Of a stretch of 64,000 nucleotides of DNA, positions 13,001 to 23,098 are shown piece by piece. A model generated the notes under the pieces. It was not told where the DNA came from. It searched no databases and was given only the letters and a program-made list of their open reading frames with translations. Made by a program: the position numbers and the translations under genes. Source of the stretch: Lytechinus pictus. Taxonomy: Eukaryota. Where the stretch lies: contig NC_087246.1 of assembly GCF_037042905.1 (NCBI RefSeq), positions 57,288,001-57,352,000 on the forward strand. The letters run 5' to 3'. How positions within the stretch are numbered: the stretch's first letter is position 1; each line of letters begins with the position of its first letter.

Positions 13001-15752
13001 GGAACGGCTGTCGGCTCGATATCATTATTCTAATTCCCAGTCAGATATCGCTTCGCTTAGTGACCAAAAGCTTTGCCTGCAGCAGCTCACCAGTTTGTTC
13101 GCATGATTTGGTCGCTAACTTCAGTCTAGGCCTAGACCTATATCAAATTTACAGTAAGCGATGTCTGATCTCCCATCTTACTTCTTTGACTTTGGTAAGC
13201 AGAGAAAGAACACAGTCACAGGACTCAAGAGAGAGACTGAGAATTTGAACGATGATATCGAGGTTCGTATCCGAAATATAGACTTAGAGTCGTTCTGGAT
13301 ATTCGGAAAAGCTGTGGGCAGATTGACCTTGAAATGTGATTGCGAGACTTGGTAGACATTCACTAACAATTACGCTACTGCTGGAAAATTTGCTCGAAGT
13401 TGGCCGGAGCGAGACTGCATACGTTAGAGATTAGGCTGAGGTCTAGCGCCAAAAATATACAATTACATGTATGGTGGTGTGACCTAAATTCGCGCATTAC
13501 CTACACTGTGATTTTGCGCACAGGCGAATACCCCAATATCTAATTAATATTTTGAAAAACTTATATCACCAACAGAAAGAGCGACTTAAAATTACCCAGC
13601 AGAGCGCGACAAACCCGCTTGCCCGGGGCAAGTGAAAATGACTGGCGGACAAGCATTTCTCAAAGTCAATTGCCTGATCGGGCAAGTGAATGTTTTGAAA
13701 ATAAAATAATAAAATGTCAGTGATAATCACAACTATCTCTCATATATTGTCAAACCAGTAAAAAAACAGTGGAAACTGATGTAAAATCAGCGCCAAATAC
13801 AGATAATTTATCGCCAGGTACCTCGTTCGAAGAATCATGCCATCTCATCATACGTTCTATGTGCGCATGCGCTACTATCTTGCGCAATTTGCCGATGCAA
13901 CCCCCCTCCACAAAAAAAAAAAAAAGAAAGGCGAAAGTGGCTAAAGTTTCACATTTTTAATCTTTAAATACATGAAATGGACGTCTATTTTTCATATTAC
14001 CTTTAGATTGTTTTGATCTAGTTGGAAACAACCGAAGAAATGAAGAATATTAAGCTCTTTCTTGACTCTGATTTTGATGATGTTACGCTCGGTAAATGTT
14101 TTTTCTTACTGTTGTCCCACATGTAGACTTTCATGGTGTTGACCAAGTATAATGTTGCAACACCATGAAAGTCTACATGTGGGACCACAATATAAAAAAA
14201 TATTGACCGAGTGTAACATCATAATACGATGATGAAAAGACAAGAGAGAGGTGAATATTCTTAATTTTCTTGATAGTTTCCATCTAAATCAACACAATTT
14301 CAAGGAAATATGGAAAATAAATGGCATGGATTTAAAGATGCAAAATGTGAAATTTTAGCCACTCCAGAGTCCAGTTGGTGAAGGCCTTTTTTTTTTTTTT
14401 TACATCATAAAACGATCTTTTCCAGAATCAATAAAGAGCTGAATATTCTTCATTTTCTTAATAGTTTCCAACTAAATCAAAACAATTTTTTTTAAAACAT
14501 TTAACGCCCATTTAGATCTACTAGTGCTATAGCAAAAGTTTTTTTTTCTTCAAAATAAACGTAATGACTAAGGCCTACTTTGCTGAAAATATACTTATAA
14601 TTATAAATGTGTGTTCTTTACTGTACATGATTCTCAATTGTTTTTATTTATATGATCTTCATAAATAATAGTACCGTCGTAAAAAAAACAATGAAAGATA
14701 ATAATAAAACAAATTGGGCAAGCAGTTTTTTCTATCGGGCAAGCAAATATTTTCATCACTTGCCCTGTTGGGCAAGTGATGAAAATTTTTTTTGTAGAGG
14801 CCTGCCCAGTATGGTAATTTTCTTGAAGGTACGGTCTCTATTAATGAAAATATTGGCAAAACATCGGCAAATTTTTTTACCTTATGCCTCCGCTCCGAGA
14901 AAATCCGAACTTCTCGACAAGCATCAAGAATTCGCCAGTTTGCAAGCGGAAGTCTCCAAATAAGTAAAATGTGATACCAACCGAATTTATGGCATTTTAA
15001 CTGCCATCTGATACAATTATATTACCTTTGTCTGCTTGATTTCTTTTCTAAAGCCTTGCAAAACGATTGTGCGCAAATTAAGGTCACACTTATTTATGAC
15101 ACTTTTTCAGCCGAGCGCGCACTAGTCGATAGCGATACCAGCAAAACCCTTGACCTACTTTATAATTATAATCCCGTCAAGCGAATTTGACTTTTAGGAT
15201 CTTGCCTTCCGTTTGGTATTCATGATTTTGATTAATTTTGCATGAGCTGTGAGAAATTTTTGATTGAATATCAACTTCATGATAATTTTTAAAATGTGCG
15301 CAAATTATGGTCACTATAATATGTCTATAGTCAGATATTTCTAGCCATGCCCATGCTAGCCGACCGTGGCCATCGGCAAGGCTAGTCAAGTATTATTTAT
15401 GGTGGACATTTGATAATTAACCAAAATGATTGTGTTTGATACATGAAATTTAATAAAAGTCACTAGATTTAGAGTCCAGATCACTTTCATATTACTCATT
15501 TGCTCTCACTAGTTACACTACCCTAAAATGCACATTACCTTGGACTCCACACGTAGCCTGTGTACCATGACTCTTCGGTAGCAAAGCGCCGAGCTTCTCA
15601 GACGTAAGTCTGTCTTCCTTCTCAGGTAATGTGAATTTGTGAAAAAATGTTGGAGCTGTGACGACTGCTTGTCTAAGCTGAGATCCTACATTCTGAGCTG
15701 TTGCGGACACAAATGGAGCAACTACCCCTACTTTGGAAACAGCCGAAAACAT
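9715..15752 (-). CDS. UQCRFS1: Cytochrome b-c1 complex subunit Rieske, mitochondrial; join(15539-15752, 10864-11132, 9715-10056), 274 aa
   Basis: Exons of 214+269+342=825 nt with GT-AG introns in phases 1 and 0. Presequence-like N-terminus, [16 protein letters not shown] helix, and Rieske motifs CTHLGC and CPCHGS plus GPAPLNL. Confidence 0.97.
10523..10631 (-). pseudogene. Decayed 109-bp duplicate of part of UQCRFS1 exon 2, inside intron 2
   Basis: Ungapped match to 10969-11077 with 12 mismatches (hand count). Confidence 0.85.
10864..11132 (-). CDS. UQCRFS1: UQCRFS1 coding exon 2
   Basis: Acceptor tttttag; [21 protein letters not shown]...[20 protein letters not shown]; donor GTAAGC. Confidence 0.95.
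11776..12423 (+). repeat. Interspersed repeat, copy 1 (copy 2 at about 13468-15320, split by an insertion)
   Basis: Both copies start TGTATGGTGGTGTGACC and share long blocks such as AAGTAAAATGTGATACCAACC and TAGGATCTTGCCTTCCGTTTGGT. Confidence 0.7.
13600..14804. mobile_element. Non-autonomous TIR element inserted into repeat copy 2
   Basis: CAG...CTG ends; 5-bp TSD CCCAG (13595-13599, 14805-14809); subterminal GGGCAAGTG/CACTTGCCC repeats. Removing it restores colinearity with 11776-12423. Confidence 0.7.
13936..14363. repeat. Foldback palindrome of about 430 bp
   Basis: Arms start AGTGGCTAAA and end TTTAGCCACT; perfect 28-bp core at 14114-14141 / 14158-14185 with a 16-nt loop. Confidence 0.8.
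15539..15752 (-). CDS. UQCRFS1: UQCRFS1 coding exon 1 (mitochondrial presequence region)
   Basis: ATG at 15752; [14 protein letters not shown]...CGVQG; donor GTAATG after 15539; phase 1. Confidence 0.88.
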
Positions 15753-15807
15753 TTTTAATAATTGATTAACCCACCCGGCGTTTTCTTTTCTCGATGTTAC
15801 AGTAACA

Positions 15808-15830
15808 CCGGAAGTTGGCCTGTGACGTCA
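15808..15830 (-). promoter_or_regulatory. ETS/GABP site (CCGGAAGT) plus CRE (TGACGTCA) in the UQCRFS1 promoter/5' region
   Basis: Exact consensus matches at 15808-15815 and 15823-15830, 56-78 bp upstream of the ATG in a CpG-containing patch; function inferred. Confidence 0.55.
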
Positions 15831-17099
15831 CTGATATCATGATCTTGTTTGCTCAATGATTTTGCTCGAGTTTGCGGGGTTTGCAGTAAACGGTTATAAA
15901 TTGTCACTAAAAATTTGTGATATCAATGAATTTGTCTTTTTCAATATCATTAACTTCAAGAAATTACCATATTCCGAGTAATAATTGTGCCTTTTACCCT
16001 TTACCTTTCCATTGAAAGATTAACATCGCGCCCTAAGCAAAACTCGGACCATAGTACAACCGATAGTTCTCAACCTAGACCCATTTCAACAATTTTCGTG
16101 AGGTCCAGTGCATGCACTATTATGTTCGTTGAAGCATACAAATGATTTTTTTGTTTAAAGTTTTTTAACTATTCAAAAACAATCACAACTTTACACAATA
16201 TTTTGTTTACTAATTGTTCAAAAGTTTAAACAATTTGTCGGAGTCAAACCCGAGCGAGGGGGCCAGTGCTCTCGATCAGTCATTTTTAGAATCTCATTCT
16301 CCTCCACATTTGTTTCTCTATATTTCTATAAGCTTTATTTTCGAAGGTACCCGGAATTACTATGATTCCATTTTTAAACTTAAAAAAAAAACTTTTTAAG
16401 CGACTATAATGACGTTCCAAAATGGAAAATTCCGATACAAAACATTGATATAACGTTATCAGACAAGTTGAATCTGTCATACTGTCCCATACTGTATACA
16501 TTATAATTATGATTTTTTTTTCAAAAATATACGAGCAGTTTCCTCTATATATTCCATAAATTTCAAATTATAATGGACAGTGCCGGTGAATTACATTTTT
16601 ATTATATAGAAGGGGTATCGTATAGGCCTGTCCAACGCGAATATTGGGAAAGTCACTTGAATCATTCATTTTTGGGATCACTCATGCAGTATACGTCATT
16701 TCATTGGATTTGGTAGGCCTATCACACGACGTTATAATAATAACTGCATGCTCGTCTGTCTGTGCCGTCACAAAATAAAAGAGTCCGTTATGCTTGGACA
16801 CGGTCACCATACCTCGGTCCATGCACTGGCGGATCGGAGGGGGGGGGGGCACTGAACTAGAAATACGTATTTCCAGTTTAGTGGGGGGGGGGGGGCACAT
16901 TGAGAGGCACAATTAAAATTTGTAATGTAAAAATGCCGTTAAAACAGAAGTGTACCCCCCCCCCTTTGAAAGTGAAGACTTTTTTTTTTGCTTTTCAAAT
17001 TTATTATGGTGCGAAATGTCCTTTATTTGTGGTTGAAGACCTTTTTTTTGCTTGTCAATTTTTTTTCTGGTGCGAAATGTCCTTTACTTGCGGCCTTAA

Positions 17100-17682
17100 A
17101 GGAGAATGAAACTCTTGGAGCAAGTTAGCTTTTGTGAAAGCAGAAAAATCAAAGAATAAGATCAACAAAAGTTTGAGTAAAATAGGACAAGCAATAGAAG
17201 AGTTATGAGCATTTGAATGTCAAGATCACTAATGCTATGGAGATCCTCCCATTGGCAATGCGACCAAGATCTATGATGTCATTGATGAACAACTCTCCCC
17301 TTTTGGATGCTAAAAATATACCCCAAAACATCTCTTTTTGCTCATTCTAATAATATGACAAACGATTCATCAATGATATAATGTTGTGAAACCTCTGTAC
17401 TTGTCCTCTCATAAAGAGAACACCTCACCTGGTGATAGACTCTATAAAAGTGAGAATATAAGTGAAATAAAACTAAAGTAATGAGGGAGTTGTACGTGTG
17501 TGACATCACAGATCTTGGTCGCATTGCCAATAGGAGGATCTACATGGCATTAGTGATCTCAATATTTAAATGCTCGTAACTTTCTTATTATTCATTCAAT
17601 CTTCATCAAACTTTCAACAATATGTTTCTTTAATTTTTCTCTTTGATATGGATTCAGCTGGTTTCAAGGGTTTCATTCTCCT
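17100..17682 (+). mobile_element. Kolobok/T2-type MITE family A, copy 1
   Basis: TTAA TSD; TIR AGGAGAATGAAAC / GTTTCATTCTCCT; long internal inverted arms; near-identical to 47084-47667. Confidence 0.88.
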
Positions 17683-17686
17683 TTAA

Positions 17687-18267
17687 AGGGGAATCCAGCC
17701 TTGGCCATAAAATGTTGTTGGGAAGGAGAAAAATAAATTAAACAGAATGGTGAAAGTTTGAAAGAAATCGGACAAGCAATAAGAAAGTTATAGCTGCTTT
17801 AAAATTGAGATCACTAATACTATGTAGATTTCAAATTGGAAACTGGGTAAGTAAATTATGACAAGGGACAAGGACAACTTTCCCATAGGCCATGTACTTT
17901 ATTATCAGGGATTTTTGGTTTTCTCCTAAGTACCCATTCCCCTGGGGAAGTAATCTAAATATAACCCACGTAGTATATTGTTTTATGTCCTCATGAAAGA
18001 AAAATAAAACTTTTGGGAAAAATGACATTTTAGCCATAACATGTATTGGAGTACATGGAAGAGTAGTCCTTGCCTTACATCACTATGACATCCCATATGC
18101 AGCCAATTTGAAGTCTCCATGGGTATAGTGATTATCAATATTTACAACTTTTAAAAATTCATAACTTTCTTGTTGTTTGTCCAATATTGTTCAAACTTTC
18201 ACCTATCAACTTGTCTGATTTTTCTTTTCCTTATAAAAGCAAGTTTTTATTTGGGTTGGATTCCCCT
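17687..18267. mobile_element. Kolobok/T2-type MITE family C
   Basis: AGGGGAATCCA / TGGATTCCCCT termini; shares TTAA 17683-17686 with family A copy 1; TTAA at 18268-18271. Confidence 0.85.
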
Positions 18268-19074
18268 TTAAAGAACTTTTTTTTTTGGGGGGGGCGGACG
18301 AATTTGCCCCCCCCCCCCCCTTTGGAAAATCTTAGGTATATACGCCACTGGTCATATCCCCAAGTTTTTTTCTCTCGTATTTTACTATACGAACTTATAA
18401 CTAAATTACGATTTGTCCTCATGGAGAAAATGGATTGAATTTCTGAATAAAGTGTAAGATCATTGCTGCAACTTATATTGTTATACTAAAGACATAATAA
18501 AGATTTCATGTAACAACACAGAAGGAAAAAAAAGTCTTGGGACATAAAATCGTCAGTCACCGTCCTTTATGTCGATCATGACGGCGTGCATATGAAAATA
18601 TTGCTATATATATATATATAAACTTAAAAATTCAGTATACCTATCAAATTTTTATGAATCAGTTCTCAGTGTTTTGCTTGATTATTTTTTTTAAGTACAG
18701 TGTATCTATTTATATGTAGAGCCTATTGTTTTCAGACGCAGGAGTACCCCTTTATAGGGAACTCATGGTCATAAAATGTTAAATGCACTGGTATGGATGA
18801 GAGAACTTAAGAAAAATAGAATGGTGAAAGTTTGATAGAAATTGGACAAGCGATAAGAGAAGTTGGATGTTTCCTAGAATTGAATAGGTGGGTCTATGAT
18901 ATTGCCTTTTTAACTATATTGAAAATTATTAAGGTGTAACCGTTTCATTACAAAAATCTTATAAAGCGCCAAATCCACTCTGTAGAGTGCTCATAAGGTG
19001 CATAATAAAGAGCTAAAAAGAGTTTTGAGACGATCGATTTGAGAAGATAAACCTGGCAACTAAGATGGTGCAGG

Positions 19075-19313
19075 CAGGGGCGGATCCAGGATTTTCCGAA
19101 CGGGGGGGGGGGGGGGGGGGCAAATTTTTCGGAGGAAAATTTTGACAAGCCAAAAAAAAAAGGTTTTCAACCACAAATAAAGGATATTTCGTACCCGAAA
19201 AAATATGACAAGCAAAAAAAAAGTATTCTATTACAAAAGAGGCATTTTTACATTTAATTAATTGCTTCTCAAAGGGGGGGGGGGGGGCACGTGCCCCCCT
19301 GGATCCGCGCCTG
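19075..19313. mobile_element. hAT-type MITE
   Basis: TIR CAGGGGCGGATCCAGG / CCTGGATCCGCGCCTG; perfect 8-bp TSD GGTGCAGG (19067-19074, 19314-19321). Confidence 0.88.
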
Positions 19314-19520
19314 GGTGCAGGAGATAAAAGAACTCTCCTTATATAGCTACACAGATAGATTAAAAGTATTGGACTTGCACTCCCTGTACTATAGAAGAAG
19401 GAGACTAGATGTCATTATGGTATACAGTTAAAATATGAAAGGAATTGTCAAGATGGACTCAAGTAACTTTTTCTTGCCATCGACAAGTTCAAATCTTCGA
19501 GGTCACGTCATATACGTTAA

Positions 19521-20103
19521 AGGAGAATGAAACCCTTAAAACCAGCTGAATCCATATCAAAGAGAAAAATCAAAGAAACATATTGTTGAAAGTTTGAGGA
19601 AGATTGAATGAATAATAAGAAAGTTATGAGCATTTGAATATTGAGATCACTAATGCCATGTAGATCCTCCCATTGGCAATGCGACCAAGATCTGTGATGT
19701 CACACACGTACAACTCCCTCATTACTTTAGTACTTATTTCACTTATATTCTCACTTTTATAGAGTCTATCACAAGGTGAGGTGTTCTCTTTATGAGAGGA
19801 CAAGTACAGAGGTTTCACAAGATTATATCATTGATGAATCGTTTGTCATATGATTAGAATGAGCAAAAAATATGTTTTGGGGTATATTTTCAGTGTCCAA
19901 AAGGGGAGAGTTGTTCATCAATGACATCAATGATCTTGGTCGCATTGCCAATGGGAGGATCTCCATAGCATTAGTGATCTCGACATTCAAATGCTCATAA
20001 CTCTTCTATTGCTAGTCCTATTTTACTCAAACTTTTGTTGATCTTATTCTTTGATTTTTCTGCTTTCACAAAAGCTAACTTGCTCCAAGGGTTTCATTCT
20101 CCT
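19521..20103 (-). mobile_element. Kolobok/T2-type MITE family A, copy 2 (inverted relative to copy 1)
   Basis: TTAA TSD (19517-19520, 20104-20107); near reverse complement of 17100-17682. Confidence 0.88.
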
Positions 20104-20739
20104 TTAAAGAAGAACGATCTAGACCCGACATATACGCAAATGCGTTTTTAGTATAACAGGGTGATAGTGAATGACTGAAATAGCCTCCCCCAAGAAGTTC
20201 GACTCAGGCTTCATCGATGTATTCAAATTAAGATTAATAAGTTTGGGTGGTCTGAGTGTTTTAATCTTCAATGATTAAAACCGTCTCTACCCTCAAGCTT
20301 TTGCTTTTGTATAATAACACATCGTATGGAGATGGATGACTGTAAATTCAGATGAAGAGATCGAGGTCAACAGGATTGCCTCACCTCGTAACATGATGAT
20401 GTTATTCCTCACCAATTTATGGGGAGGAATAAAATTTCAAATTTAAGTTATGGCTGTTTTAAAATCAATCAATCAATCAAAACTCCCGATCAAAACTAAC
20501 TTGTCTGTTGATAGACTGAAGATACAATGAATGAAACCCATTTTCATTTTTTGAGTAAATGACATTTCATTGATTTCTAAATTCACAATACATGAAAGAT
20601 GCTTTTCACAAATGAAAAATAAAGTAAAATTCTAATAACTTTTTAATCTAATGGATTTTCCTCAAAGCTTCACTAATATTTGTTTTTTCTGCTATTTTTA
20701 CAATAAACTTTTGGTGAACTTCCCATCGAGTCATCGTCA

Positions 20740-20892
20740 GTTGATCAAGGGCGATTTTTTTCGGACAAAAAGTTGAGGGCGAAGTGCAAATGAGATGGAC
20801 TGCGTCTCGGTGAGAATAACTGATAGGAAAATGCGAAATATCTCGTTCTTTTAGCAGTTACCGCCGCATTTTTCGAGTTTTATTTAGTAAGT
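20740..20892 (+). promoter_or_regulatory. Probable ZC3H18 promoter / non-coding first exon ending at donor GTAAGT (20887)
   Basis: CpG-containing patch with a consensus donor at 20887; the ATG-bearing exon has an acceptor (ttgcag) only 5 nt before the ATG, which implies an upstream UTR exon. The TSS is not determinable. Confidence 0.45.
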
Positions 20893-21661
20893 GTTGATGA
20901 CATTTAAATAATTGGTGCGTGAGGTTTATGAATGGTTGATATATTATTGTACAAAGCGTGATTTTTGTGTGTGAGTGACTTTGGATTTGCTTTTTGACTC
21001 GCCTCAGTCAACTCGCGGAGACTTGGTCTTGGTCCATCGACCACCCACGGGCACGGTACTGTGCCGTGTCTACATGTACTATGTGCAATTTCTTATGCGT
21101 GGAAAATGAACAGGTGATATCACAATTCCTTGATGCGGTATCCGAATAATGCAATGGCGCATGAGCAAATCACTTGTTGCAGCAAGTATGTCGTGCAGCT
21201 GTATGGTAGTGGATGGTTGTCGATTCATTGATTGTCCTCTTTTCACATTCTTTTTCATGACGTTGATTCCCACATCATCACATGTCATGGCACATGATCA
21301 CGATGACACTCAGTGACGATCAAAAGACAAAGTTTACTCTAACTATTAGTATTGACTATTCTAGTAATGTTGCTTTGGCAAAAAATAATGAGGAAGAAGA
21401 AGCCTGTCGTCAATCGTCCTGCAAATGGACAGGCTAATTATAATATAATATTTAAAAAATGAGATGTTTGCTTGCATTTATTTTGTGCTCAATATAATTA
21501 TTTTAACTTTCTTTGACTAAGAAAGAGCTGTATACTATTTTTAAAAGTAATTCTGCATTATAAATATAAGTTTCAAAATAGACTCCATGACCATGGAATA
21601 CAAAAAAGGTCAAAATATTACTTTTGAATATTTGTTTTGTTTCTAAATCCTTGCAGGAATT

Positions 21662-23098
21662 ATGGATGACAATGAATTCAGTGCAAGCATGGATTCAGAA
21701 AGTGAAGATGATGGGATCTTGCAAGATGGCATGGAAGCTCAAATAGTAGGAGATGAATTTTCAACAGTAAGGAACTCTGATGCACATCCATGTAATGATG
21801 GGGAGACTGAAAGAATTAGTCAAAGGACTGAGGAGGAAGAAGAAGAGATGGATTATACATCAGGAAATGAATATCAAGAAGATGTAGGAGAGGCATCTGT
21901 CAGGGAAGGAGATACGTTTTACAGTTGCCATGAAGACTTTCACCAAATGAGTGGATTTTCTGATAGGGGAAGTTGGGGGGTTGAAGGAGGGGGTCCACGT
22001 AGCCCTGTAGGCTCCCCGCCCGAGAGCCCAGAAATGGCAAACAGTGGTAGTGAGACGGCAGAGTTTGATGACACTACTCCATCAGAGACTGATACTTCTG
22101 TCAGGTTACAGAGTGAAAGACTAGAGCGAGAAGGAGAAGAGGAGGAATACAGCAGTTTTGTGCACGCAACACCAGCTAGTCCCATGACAAGTTCAGCAGA
22201 GAGTGCGGATGAAAATTACCCGTCAACTACTCAAGAAAGCGAGGCACTAGAGTTTTCTGAGAGTAGAGATGATGAATCCGACATGTTTGATAGGGGAGGG
22301 GACGATAAATCTGATACTTTTGAAAGGGAAAGAGAGGATGAACGACCATCTTCTAGTGCTGATGTTGCAGACTCTAGTGAGGAGATTGAGGAAACCGTTA
22401 AATCACCGACTGTGCCTTCCTATGCGCAGGACAATTTCCCTTATGATCAAAGGACAGGAGTTAGTACAACTTCAGGTACTGAACAATCTGCCCAAGAGCC
22501 TGAGGAAGATGAAGTAGGAGAAAAGTATCAAGATACAGAGCAGTTATTCCCAGTAGATGGTAAGAAATTAGAACTTCCTTGTGTGGAAGATGATGGTAAT
22601 GAATATAACCAAGGTGACCAAAGTACTGAGGATGTTGATACAAGAACTCAGAAGGATGATGATATCTTACAGCAAGATCAAGGTGATCAGGAGCAAGGAG
22701 TGCACAGTGATATTAAAAAAGGTGACACTTTTGACAATGACGATGATCATTTAGATTTGACAGTGCCAACAGAGACGGCAAAAATATCCAGGAAGTACGG
22801 TGACCGTTCAGACGCAGCAGTGGTCGAGGTGCATCACATAGAGGATCATGGCGATGAGCTCGACTTTGAGGAGGATGTTGATGACCATGCGCAGCCTGAT
22901 CACCAGTTACATTCAGGAGAGCCGGCAGATGAAGAGGAGGAGGAGGAGAAGAAAGATTCTGTTGTTGAAGAGGAAAAAGTGGATAATAAGCAAAAGAATA
23001 CAGAAAATGAAGATTCAGAAGGGGATGGAGAGGTGAAGGATGACGACGATGATGGTGAATGTAATGAAGGTGAAGAAGGAGAAGATGGGGAATTAGAT
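21662..23098 (+). CDS. ZC3H18: ZC3H18 coding exon 1 (479-aa acidic region)
   Basis: Acceptor at 21655-21656, ATG 21662, donor GTAAGT 23099, phase 0. Confidence 0.85.

Larger units (their letters stand above)
16824..18350. mobile_element. hAT-type MITE (same family as 19075-19313, opposite orientation) interrupted by two Kolobok MITEs
   Basis: Ends CACTGGCGGATC / TATACGCCACTG; the internal block GCTTGTCAA...CCTTTATTTGTGGTTGAAGACC is the reverse complement of about 19141-19213. TSD degenerate. Confidence 0.65.

Noticed and set aside
12826-13248. 140-aa ORF in UQCRFS1 intron 1 as a transposase fragment
   Set aside because: Non-ATG start and no DDE, zinc-finger or RT motif visible.
19624-19818. 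ORF MKPLYLSSH... repeated at 47370-47564
   Set aside because: Both lie inside copies of MITE family A, have non-ATG starts and show no domain; this is repeat identity, not a gene family.
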